A stretch of DNA of 64,000 nucleotides. Source: Phyllobates terribilis. Lineage: Eukaryota. Within the stretch, counting starts at the first letter, position 1; each line of letters begins with the position of its first letter. Where the stretch lies: assembly GCF_046119375.1 (NCBI RefSeq), contig NW_027362773.1, positions 212,040,001 through 212,104,000 on the forward strand. Reading direction: 5' to 3'. The notes under the pieces were generated by a model. That model saw only the letters and a program-made list of their open reading frames with translations. It was not told where the DNA came from and did no database searches. The position numbers and the translations under genes were made by a program. Shown piece after piece: positions 35,801-46,789 of the stretch.

Positions 35801-38800
35801 ATCCTGAGGATATAACTTTGGTACATTTCCATTTATTTCTGAAGATATTGTACAGTCTATGAAAAAAATTAAGGGGTGACAATAATGGTGAGCAGCACTG
35901 TACATACATTACATTACTGATCCTGAGTTAAATCCTGTATTATACTCCAGAGCTGCACTCAATATTACTTTTACATGGGCAGCAGGCTCATCCATATCGT
36001 TCCCTTGTGCCGTATGGGGCTACATTTGCACAACTTGTAACCATTATGTTCTAATTGAACAGATACTAACAAGAAGCCTCATTAAGGTCCACAATTAACT
36101 TTGGGAAAGTAATGGGGAAGGGGGGACTGGTAGAACCTGATGCTGGAGCCTAAGGGAACGTGTAAAGAATGCTTTCTGTTCCTGGCAGACCTGTATCCTG
36201 TGCGGTGTTGAAATATCTCAATGAATGGATTATTATGGATGGGTTTATATTCTGTAAACGTGATTATTAATTATCCCTGTAATTATTAGATCTACAACCT
36301 ATGATTAAATAACCGTAGAAAAGCCATAGTAACAATCAAAGATTCTAAGATTTAATAAAGATTAAAAAAACATACTTTTTTTTTTTTTTTTTTTTACTTT
36401 TTTCAACAGCTCCCCTCTCGTACATGGGCTGTTTGAATTAATGGACCTGGTGGGGTCTTCAAGTGATCTTAAATTGCGGTTTATCCCTCCACCCTGTGCA
36501 CCAGGCTTCTTGGAGAGACTTCATTATGGTCCTTCTTGTTTCCGCAGCATCCAGGAGGAGAGGAGGTCCTGTTCGAACAGGCCGGAGCCGATGCTACGGA
36601 GAGCTTTGAAGATGTCGGCCATTCTGTTGATGCACGGGAGATGCTGAAGCAATATTACGTAGGAGATCTGCATCCGGTAAGATCGTTATAACATATTATA
36701 CAGGGGTTTTTTTTTTCACCCGATCACAAACGCCACTTATGGCTTGGGCACTTCCAATCTATAAACAATGACCACTCGGATGATCGACACCCCCCCCCCC
36801 CCCAAAAAAAAAAAAGCAGAACAATCACATCGTGTGAGCATACCCTAATAGTACAAGACCAAGAAGAAGCCGCTAAAGACTCTTTGGAAAACCGCTCCTG
36901 TCATTTACCTGCACACAACTGGCGGTGTTCATGGTCCATCATTGCCGGTTTCACACAAAGTATGGATCGCAAAATATACAGGGTGGGCCATTTATATGGA
37001 TACACCTAAATTAAATGGAAATGGTTGGTGATATCAACTTCCTGTTTGTGGCACATTAGTATATGGGAGGGGGAAAACTTTTCCAGATGGGTGGTGACCA
37101 TGGCGGCCATTTTGAAGTTGGCCATTTTGTATCCAACTTTATTTTTTTCAATGGGAAGAGGGCCATGTGACACATCAAACTTATTGAGAATTTCATAAGA
37201 AAAACAGTGGTGTGCTTGGTTTTAACGTAACTTTATTCTTTCATGAGTTTTTTACAAGTTTATGACCACTTATAAAATGTGTTCAAAGTGCTGCCCATTG
37301 TTTTGGATTGTCAATGCAACCCTCTTCTCCCACTCTTGACACACTGATAGCAACACTGCAGAAGAAATGCCAGCACAGGCTTCCAGTATCCGTTGTTTCA
37401 GATGCTGCACATCTCGTATCTTGATGGTATGGTGTAGTATATGGGGTACAAAGATAGTGGGGCCATTCTTCATCAATGGAAACCTCAATGCCACTGGATA
37501 TCTGAAATTGCTACATGTGTTGCCCTCTTTATGCACTGAAGATGGCACGTTCCCTGAGTTTTTCCAACAAAATGGTGCACCACCACATTATGGGTGTCAG
37601 GTCTGAGCATTCCTACATGATCAGTTTCCTGGAAAGTGGATTGGTTGTCGTGGGCCAGTTGAATGGCCACCAAGGTCTCCCCATCTGACCCCCTTAGACT
37701 TTTATCTTTGGGGTCATCTGAAGGCAATTGTCTATGCTGTGAAGATACGAGATGTGCAGCATCAGAAACAACGGATACTGGAAGCCTGTGCTAGCATTTC
37801 TTCTGCGGTGTTGCTATCAGTGTGTCAAGAGTGGGAGAAGAGGGTTGCATTGACAATTCAACACAATGGGCAGCACTTTGAACACATTTTATAAGTGGTC
37901 ATAAACTTGTAAAAAAGTCATGAAAGAATAAAGTTACGTTAAAACCAAGCACACCATTGTTTTTCTTATGAATTTCTCAATAAGTGCGATGTGTCACATG
38001 ACCCTCTTCCCATTGAAAAAAATAAAGTTGGATCCAAAATGGCCGACTTCAAAATGGCGGCCATGGTCACCACCCATCTGGAAAAGTTTTCCCCCTCCCA
38101 TATACTAATGTGCCACAAACAGGAAGTTGATATCACCAACCATTCCCATTTAATTTAGGTGTATCCATATAAATGGCCCACCCTGTAGATTGGCAAACTC
38201 GATAGCCTCATATTATGCCTATGGGGGATGCTGTGTTCGGGACCATACTTGTTAAACAGCCTAAAGCTGGCAGTAAAGGTACCAGGTAGCTTGTGCGTAA
38301 TTGGTGGCTATGTACAGGCAAGTATGGCCATTTGTGAAAGGTTTGTTCGCGATAACCACATGGCTAATTGCCGTAATATCAATAGGATATCCCATCATTT
38401 TGACTGTTGGGGGTCTGTCCTCAGGAATTACCGTACATTAAAGGGCCCACACTCCTACGTCAGCTCTTTTTTTCCCTTCCATGGTGCGTTTTCCAGGCAC
38501 CGGTGTGCTGAGAAGTATTGAGAAGGGCCTCTCAGTTGAATTGGAGATCTGACCCTTTCCTTATCAGGATTTTGGGTGTCCCCAAGTTCAGACCCTTCCC
38601 AGTCATAGAGTGATGGCATATACTAGTCTATGCCCTGATGTACTGTATGTATTGTATTGACCGAGCCGGTGGCTTCAGCTTTGTGCATAATTTACTGTGC
38701 TATGTCTGAGAATTTACTTTTTATTATTATTAATTTACTATTATATTCTCCTTGAACAGGATGACTGCAAAAACAACAGTAAAAAGGTAAGAGTACCCCG

Positions 38801-41800
38801 TTAAACACTACATAAATGCTACATCACAATTTCATCCATTATCCGGCCTCCATGGACACTGTTATACATGGATTGAGATATATAATATTATATATTTTTG
38901 TACACCAGAGGGGCCATCTATACATGATGCTAAGTAATTACTCAATAGCACATCCGCCAGTGATGTTAGTTTTGGCTTATTAACTTCTGGAGAGCCATGG
39001 GCTACACTGTATATTCAGCTTTACCAATAAAGCTGCCTTGGGACTGGCTTGGTACCAGTAGCTTCAGACACACTTTTTTTTATACTCCAGGATTTATTTT
39101 ATTTTAATGCGCATCTATTTTTTTGTTTTTTGTGGGGGGTTTTTTATTAAGGTGATTTAGAAATGTTATCTTCTTTTTAGACAACATAAACTTAGACTAG
39201 ACAGTCTTACGATACACCAAATTTATCACACTGGTTCATCCTGGATGAAGAATTTGGTGCATTTTTTTGGAGCATCCAAGTTCGCAGTGTTCTGCCACAA
39301 TTCAGGACACTCCCATTTCCACAGGGCACCAGGCCTCTTATTGAGCAAGATATCAAGTTTTAAACAAAAAAAAAAAAAAAGTTTAGAAAAGTTGATAAAA
39401 CTAATCAAGCCATAATCATCGCGTTTCAACTTTTTTTTTTTTGCATTTTTCAGTCATGGTCTTGAATGATTCTTTTTAGATTCACATGATTTGCAATGTG
39501 GAACAACAAAAATGCCACACAAAAATAGAAAAAAAAAAGATTTTTTTTTTGCGCAATAAAAGTCTTTGGGAGAAATGCACTATTTAAATGTAATATTTCT
39601 CACTGACCGACTATCAGCAACTGGCCTCAGACACTTTTTTTTTTTTTCTGCAAATCGGTGTTTTGTTTTCCTCTGTCCCCAGAAAATCTGTGCGCCTTCA
39701 CTTGGCAGCGGTCCTTGTAAATCAGTGTTGCCTGCCCATCGGCCTTGTATACTCTTCACATCGCTGGCAGCCTGCCCTGCCCAGATTAAATATAATTTCC
39801 GATTTTTCTAATTACAACTTCTTGTAATTATTGTTTGTTTTCTTTAATGGTGTCTTGTGCCTCTTCCTCCTTCCCTCGCACCTTGTATTTCCTCCCTGGC
39901 TGTGTACATGCTCGGGGCTGCACTACTGATAATTATCACAATGCAGCTCACTATTCCACACCGCGGAATACTCTGGTATATAATTGAATCTTCTAACGCA
40001 CACGTGACGCTTCAACTTCATCACTTTACCTGCAGTTAGTTAGACGATTGCCAAAAAAAAGAACGTGGGGCTTCTCGGTAACCTTTTAGACAGGGAAGGC
40101 AACAACGTAATGATTAAGGGATCAGACTACGCAATGTTTGTTTGTAGTCTGTTACCATGGAGACACATAGGCGTTCAAAGGAGCTGTAGTACTAAACTAA
40201 TTTTTTTTTTTTTTGTGCAAAATTGCTTTCTTTTTTACTTTTTGATATCTACTTGCAAAATTGGTCTTTAGACTAAGGGCTACAAGGTGGCTTTGGCATG
40301 CTGAGTATGATACAAAAGTGTCAGAAACCAGAGCGTTGAGGCTCCCTGTGGAGTCAGACGGGTCAAAAATAAACCTGTAGTGAGAATGGGAGCTGAATTT
40401 TGAAGGAAGGCAGCCTGATCTGGTGAATCAGGATCCCTGGAGGCCGCACCGAGCAACACACAAGACTTTAAGGATCACCATGAGAAGTGGAGTCCGTGCA
40501 TCGATGGGTCATTGCTGGCACAATGGAGACTATGGTTCTAATATTATGGCTGCTCGGTGTGACCCGACTGCCCAATTCCCAGCAATTTGTCCCTTCTAGT
40601 ATGTAGACATGATGTTCTGATCATGCATTAACATAGGGTAAGATATATTCACACTGGATAATGTTATTTTATCTTTTATTCTTCCAGGATGTCTTCATAT
40701 CAACATCATCCAATTCATCCAGGTAATGGCCTCTTGTATAACTTTTTTTATTTTATTTTTTTACACCTAAGGGTGAATATGTCACCTTATGGAGCACTCT
40801 GAATTACTATAACGTGTGGATCGCTGAAGAGACAGGAGGATGTAACTCTGATCTCTGCCCTCGCTTTCACTCCCCTGCAGTAAGCCGGATAAATGACACA
40901 CGCTCTGTAAGCTTATAAGCCATTTAGGAGTCCGCTGTGCAGTTTGGCAGAGTTTAGGAGTCCATATTTGCTGCCTTTCATAAACCTCTAGTCATTGGGT
41001 GATAATTCCAGTGAAAACTGGGGCCGGCCCTATATTTTCCGTGTAGTATTATATGCTGGCCGTTCAATTGGACGGACAACATAGTCTTCTATGACACTTT
41101 TAAACTTGGTATACATTTTAGTCCAAACTTTTACCTTACAGGGTGACACGTCATATTACATGGGCAAAACAAAGACACCAGAACTTAACCGGAATCAAAG
41201 AAGTGCAATGAGAAAAAAAATTGATATATAAAATCACTCTTTATTAATATTCATGAGTAAAAAACTATTTAAAACAAGGTGCCTCAAAACACAAAAGAAA
41301 CGTAGTAATACGTAAATATAATGAAGGCTTAGATATAATACAAGTACAATCAATCGCACGCTGTGCTGGTAATTAAATAATTAAAGTAACATTGCAAGAC
41401 ACAAATATTATCCATAATAATTGACAGATATTCATGTCATATATGGTAGTGATTTATATAGGGTAATCAGTGCATAAAGCCCACAAATGGGGATAATCAA
41501 CCATATGTAATAACGTACATATAAATCTGCTGGATAGCTGTAAGTATAGTGCCAATGTCTTGCCTTAATGAAAGTTCTAGTTCATAGTACAGTTTAATCT
41601 ATGATGAGTAAGCCAAAATTAATTTCACTACATACAAGTCCACAAAGTAACCATAAAATGGTAAAAGACTTTACCTACACAGTGGTACATTAGACAGGAT
41701 GCTGGCTGCGTCCTTCACCCCGACGCGCGTTTTGCATATCTTCTTCAACAACCCCTTTAAGTATGACTAATTTACATCCACTTAAGAAAATGTTGTCCTG

Positions 41801-42520
41801 AAGCTGAGACTTTGGGCGTTGCACCCTTATGGTTATGCCTCTCCATTCACATGAGGGACAGATGTGAGACCTCTGTTTTTTAGGTCTGATCAAACATTGG
41901 TCCTCTACCATGTGGATGTTGGTGGGATAACCCCTTTTAAAGGGCTATTCCCACTTTTATAGATATATATTGTCTGATAGTGCTTGTGAAAAGTAGCACA
42001 CTTGCATTTTAATGCTTCTGAAAATTTGCAGCTGTTCCTGAGATTAACACTTTTTTTTTTTCCTTTTGTTTACAGCTCGTTTCCTAGAAGACCGACCACT
42101 ACTGCTGTCTTGTTTGTAAGCTGTGCGCTGAAGCTGGCCGGGATTACGAGATAACGGTGCTCTCCAGTGATCTTGGTCCGCTTAAAAGCGGCACTTACAA
42201 GTTCTTTTTTTTATTATGCTTGTAAGCTCTGCACAGGTTCTGCTGTATAGCAGTAGTGGTCAGTTTCCTTGCCAACAAGCAGTAAACAACAGGGTAATAT
42301 CTCAAGAATGACTTTAAAAAAAAAAAAATGTCTTACATTTGCAATCGATTTCCGACAATACCGATCTATGAGCATGTGATTAACCCCTTAAGGTGCTACG
42401 ATTATGCCTTTCTTCTGTTCTCCACACAGTTCATGGAGCAATTGGCTGATCCCCGCCGTGGCTGTGTTGCTTCTGGGCTTGATGTATCGTTTTTACTCGG
42501 TGGACAGCCGCTCGTCGTGA
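23679..42520 (+). CDS. CYB5B: Cytochrome b5 type B (outer mitochondrial membrane), 5 exons, 141 aa
   Basis: join(23679..23822,36548..36676,38760..38786,40688..40722,42430..42520) = 426 nt; heme motif [19 protein letters not shown]-terminal anchor [28 protein letters not shown]; synteny with TERF2. Confidence 0.95.
24074..24390. mobile_element. T2/Kolobok-type fold-back MITE
   Basis: TTAA on both sides (24070-73, 24391-94); arms GGTATTCCCATCTC / GAGATGGGAGTACC and long internal complementarity around GGTTATGACCAC / GTGGTCATAACC. Confidence 0.7.
25001..25610. repeat. 30-bp minisatellite, 20 copies, CYB5B intron 1
   Basis: Unit GGAGGCAGGACAAGAGGAACCTGCACAATA with blocks of variants; explains ORFs 24898..25644, 24978..25634, 24991..25596. 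Confidence 0.97.
27003..27473. repeat. 43-bp minisatellite, about 11 copies, CYB5B intron 1
   Basis: Unit GATCTGTCACCAGGAAGGCACATGACTGTGGGAACGTATGTAG; end copies diverged. Confidence 0.92.
28833..29201. mobile_element. T2/Kolobok-type MITE
   Basis: TTAA|AGGGAACCTGTCA ... TGACAGGTTCTCT|TTAA. Confidence 0.8.
29583..29887. repeat. Pyrimidine-rich 21-23 bp repeat (CCTCCTCCTCTGCCCCTTTTTT), about 12 copies
   Basis: Nearly pure C/T plus strand with one G per unit; source of low-complexity ORFs 29561..30055 and 29635..29976. Confidence 0.92.
31475..32334. mobile_element. Harbinger/Tourist-like MITE
   Basis: TIR GGCTATGTTCACACGTTGC / GCAACGTGTGAACATAGCC; 3-bp TSD degenerate (TGA / TAC). Confidence 0.65.
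32336..33184. mobile_element. Diverged tandem second copy of the preceding MITE lacking an intact left TIR
   Basis: Shares CAGGATCCCAAAGTTCAGCTTTGCTTCCACC, CCAAGACATTATGGTTT.AACTTGGGAAAATCACAAAAATAAATGG and AGCTTTTGCTGGTACTGTAA in the same order; ends GTGAACATAGC. Confidence 0.6.
33863..35962 (+). repeat. 86-bp satellite array (7 copies) interrupted by a Tc1 element
   Basis: Unit TACTGATCCTGAGTTACATCCTGTATTATACTCCAGAGCTGCACTCACTATTCTGCTGGTGCAGTCACTGTGTACATACATTACAT; six copies before 34349, resumes in register at 35901. Confidence 0.9.
34350..35900 (+). mobile_element. Tc1-family DNA transposon, defective transposase
   Basis: TA TSD; TIR CAGTCATGTTCATCATTATTGGCACCC vs CAGTGCTGCTCACCATTATTGTCACCC (22/27); [11 protein letters not shown]...[10 protein letters not shown] from 34728; [47 protein letters not shown] at 35692; stops, frameshifts and a deletion. 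Confidence 0.93.
36548..36676 (+). CDS. CYB5B: CYB5B exon 2
   Basis: [43 protein letters not shown]; TTTCCGCAG acceptor, CCG|GTAAGA donor. Confidence 0.96.
36979..38185. mobile_element. Tc1/mariner-derived fold-back element with 444-bp inverted arms
   Basis: TA|CAGGGTGGGCCATTTATATGG ... CCATATAAATGGCCCACCCTG|TA; arms 36979-37422 and 37742-38185; spacer encodes [44 protein letters not shown] on plus strand. Confidence 0.92.
38760..38786 (+). CDS. CYB5B: CYB5B exon 3 (27 nt)
   Basis: DDCKNNSKK; CTTGAACAG acceptor, AAG|GTAAGA donor. Confidence 0.82.
40688..40722 (+). CDS. CYB5B: CYB5B exon 4 (35 nt)
   Basis: [11 protein letters not shown]; TTCTTCCAG acceptor, AG|GTAATG donor; phase fits exon 5. 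Confidence 0.82.
41170..41910 (-). mobile_element. Possible Penelope-like element relic with degenerate hammerhead motif
   Basis: A-rich plus strand; minus strand 41748-41718 reads TTGAAGA AGATATGC AAAA CGCGCG TC GGGG, resembling minimal hammerheads of Penelope repeats. Confidence 0.35.
42430..42520 (+). CDS. CYB5B: CYB5B exon 5 (transmembrane anchor, stop)
   Basis: [29 protein letters not shown]; CTCCACACAG acceptor. Confidence 0.93.
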
Positions 42521-45500
42521 GCGTTACAATAACCTGAACCTACCATAAGCTGCCGGTGACTTCACGCACAAGAAAATGAGCAGGATCCGAAGCACAGAGA
42601 AGAAACGTCCCACATCTCTGCCAGATCCAAAATTCAAAACTTGAGCAGAAACTTCTCATTTTATGTCGGTGACCAAGACCTTATCGTCCATACCGTGTGC
42701 CTGTGTCGTCATTTTAGCCCAATCGAAACTCTGGATATTCTTACGGGACCTTTTTATCTTGGAGCATGCCTCATACCCTGTTTCCCTTCAAGCTTAATTC
42801 CACAAATTTGAAACTTTGTACCTATGTAAAAAGATTGGTAACTTTGCCGAAAGTTTATTTTATTGTTTTGTGCTGCATTCAAACTTCTGCTGGTTGCCAT
42901 TGCAAACAGACTACACGGTCCACCCTGTTGTCAGACACGTGACTCCTGAGACCCCATACTGGAAGCCGGCAGAATTCTGAAAGGGGAAAAAAAAAGTACA
43001 GTAACGCAAAGTTCCCACACTTGTTCTTTGCTATAAGTATGGAAGTGGAACTCCCATTTACTTATCTACACTTTGAGGTATCGGTGGTCTTCTGGGTTGC
43101 TGGGATGGTGCTTCGTATGCATGTTGGGGACCACATAATTGTTTCAGACCCTTAATCGCTGTGTGTGAATGACTCTCTGTTTTTTCAATAATGAAAATGG
43201 TTGTCATAATTGTCATCTGTGCACTAAAAGCCATAACTAAAGATCTTCAGACATCACTAATTTTAATAAACTCCTTCGGCTCATTTGTGGGTCACTTGTT
43301 GCACATTGCATTTTTTTTTTTACTTTTTGGCATAGGATATGTTCACACTGAGCTTTTCTGCACTAAAATCCACATGAAAAACCCCTGCAAAGTGTGAAAA
43401 ATGCATTGCTATTCATGCAGCTGTGTTTCTTTTCCCGCACAGTTTCTAAAAGCGCAAGTCCACAACAGGTGCCCAAATTTCAGTCATAGGTAACAGTACA
43501 AATTTTCATCAGATTTGTTTTTACGCCGTGTGAATGGTACTCTTGCAAACTTGCCGGTGCTCAATTAAACTGAGTTTGCCAACTTTTTATGTGTAATACA
43601 TCACATATTAGATCTTCAATCCCACTGTCAGTGAGGTGAGTATTGCTTCTTTTATTTTTTTTTTAACCAATTCACGACCTCTTTAAAAAAAAAAAAACTC
43701 TAAATCACCAGATTAAACAATACAAACTGTATACATTATTAAATAGGTCTTAGACCTGACGAGGCTGTTATGTTTACTTTTAAAATCTGTTTAAAAAAAG
43801 GATTATGCAGCCATTTTTAAAGTTGTGGGTTTTTTCTGCCTTAATGTCATAATAAGCATTTTAGGAGTCTACTAAAATGCTCATTTTAATATTAGGATTT
43901 TATAGGTGCTCTGACAAAGATTTTCAAGCCTCATCAGGTGTAAGAGATCTATTTATAAAATGGAGTTCTTATCTTTTTTTTTTTTATCAGAAGGGAAACT
44001 CCCCCCAGCCACCCCCTGGCATGATGCTTGTCGGGATGGCGGTGTGCTGCTGATGATTGACAGTCCAGGGTAGCAGCGTTGTTGCGTGACAGGTGCACTC
44101 TCTGATGCTGGTAGCAGAGACCTCATCGGAGGGGGGTGCACTGATTTAGTGATCCGGCCATCTTCAGAGCAGGGCTTGCAAGTGCACGCTCTTTTTCTAG
44201 GAGACCGGCCACCTGTGAAACTGCAGAGGTGGCTGATGAGCAGTAAAACATTTTTCAGAAGAAGTAAATTGCGAAGTATTTTGTTTTGTTTTTTGTTTTT
44301 TTTACCTTTTAATATACTGAGCTTGTTTTCTGCAATCTGGTGAAACATGCATGTTATAGCCCCAGGCCTTTATTTGTGATCGAACCAGTGGATATCTAGG
44401 ATATATACACTGCTCTCCCATATTAACATACTAGATCCTCTAGTTTCGGGCATTGCTCCCTATGGTGGACAGTCTGGTATGGCATATGCACGCTGCTTGT
44501 TTCTTCAAGTCTTCTCCATCTTGCTTGCCTGCATTCTTCTTGCCCGATATGTCAGCTTGGAGCAGTATGTTGCCCCCCAAGTCTTCCGCCTACTCATTCA
44601 TAAAAGGTTTGTTTACCATTTTCTTGCGTTTTTCTTCCCCCTCCTCCCGTTGCGTTCTCTCGTGAGACAGAGCTCCTTGTGTGTGGCCAAGTCTCACACA
44701 GTAAATGTTTGTTTGGTCGGTCACTGCTCACACAATGAGGCTCTGTAAAGTGTGTAAGTTTGTCAGTACAATTGTCTCCGTGCCATCCGAGTGACAATGA
44801 TGGGGCATGTGCTGAATGCTGTGCCTACATAGAAAGTATTCATCGCACTCACCGTACTGCATTCTCAGTCGTCTTAAAGTGGCTGTCTTCCAATGCTGGT
44901 GGACCAAGTCCATCTACGTACACAATGGAGATCTATACACTCATTTCTTTGGCGTTATTCTCTTTTAGGGCTGATATTAATGTTTGGCATCATCACACAG
45001 ACTTTTGCCATACTGGCTGTATCTTTTTTTCTCAGTAATTGATGTCAGATTCTAAAAAAGTTACGAATGAAAGTTTGACGAGAGGTGCCAAACACTCACA
45101 GCCAATATGGCAGTGGATCGTCCTGACACATAAACAATGCTAATCACACAGGAATATGCAAAATGCCATAATCTTCATATTGCTACCAGTCAGTGGTCAT
45201 GCTGAGGTGGATTGTATGACACCACTCAATGATTGGCGGCAGCGTTCAAGGGTCTTGACATCACCGCTGCAGACGTGTCCATAAAGACTGCCTGGGGACA
45301 GGAGAGAGCAAGTGCTGAAGTGGCAAGGTGTAAGTAATAATGATTTTGATATTTTTAACAAGAAAACATATTTGAACTATTAAAGCTTAAAAACAGAGCA
45401 CCCCTAGCAGGAGGACAGCAGATCACTTACTGGTCACTTGGGGTCCAACTGTTGGACCAATGCACAGATATTTTAACCATATATTCACTTTAAATCTTCA

Positions 45501-45869
45501 ATCACAATCTTGATTGTGACAATAAATTATTTTGGGCACCATCATGTGATAGTATAAGTATCCTTCATACATAGAAAGCATGGGACCCCATAGCAAAAAT
45601 CCTAATTGGGCCCCCTCTATCCACACTACCCAAAAAATATTTGGCAGAGTAGGTGGCACACACAGCTCATAGGCACATACACAAAAGGGCATACCTCCCA
45701 ATAAGACCGGCAGAGGGACATGTAGTGCTGCACGAGCACAGTAATTGTGCCACTACTGAAGCCCCTTAGTGTTCTCACCCACTACGATATTCCTTTCATG
45801 GCCCCTATAGAGTGCTGGCCACCAAAAATATCCCTCCCCACACCCAGGTTAACGCATGATGCTGTCACA

Positions 45870-46290
45870 ATGATGCCAACACAGTATAATGTCCTCAGCG
45901 ACTCCCAGTACACAGTATGAAGTCCCCACAGTCTGATACCCTCACACTGTATGATGGCTCCAAAGCCCTCCACACACAGTATGATGCCCCCTCACAAATT
46001 ATAATGGTCCCTACAATCTCACACACAATATATTAACTCCCACAGTCTTGCACACATAATATCGTCACCCACACACAGTACCATGGCCCCAACAGCCCTC
46101 CTACACAGTATTATGACCCACTCCGCCACCTACACACAGTATGAGGTCCCTCACAAAGTACAAGGCCCCCACAGTCTCCAACACACAGCAACATGGCCAT
46201 CACAGTCTCCCACACATAGTATCATGCCCTCCACACAGTATCCTGGTTCTCAGAGCCCCCCACACACTATAATATTCCTAGAGTTCCCCC
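45870..46290. repeat. Degenerate CACACAGTAT(G/A)ATG-type minisatellite
   Basis: Recurring CCCACACAGTAT motif about every 30 nt; related to arrays at 56200-58560. Confidence 0.65.
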
Positions 46291-46789
46291 ACCCCCCCCC
46301 ACAATAAAAAAAAAAATCACTTCGCCCCGTTCCCCCTCTATGTGCACTGCGCTGATTGGTCACCATTGAAATCAACTGCGTCTGTATCGGAGATGCAGTT
46401 GCCCCCCCAATTTTCAAGGCCCCATTGCAGCCACATGGTCTGTAATTAGAGGTACTCCACTGCCTCTGGTGTGAGTTAACCCGATTCTGTGGATGTAACA
46501 TGGCGACACAGATCTGAAACCTTAGAGGAACACAAGAAATTAAGGATATATGAAATAAAAGGTGCACGAAATTCCCCGCGGAATTCATGCTCATCAAGGA
46601 TATAATCCTTTCCTGAGTTGCAGGATATACAGTCTGTATCCTGGACTTATTAACCTTCTTTATACTTCCACCCACCAATCAAGAAGAAAAAAAAAAATAT
46701 GAAGTTTATTTAAGGTAGTACTCCTGTCTCAAATGAAAATCTGTACGGGTAACCAGTCCTCCCTAGTACCTGCCTGCCGCTGTACTGTC

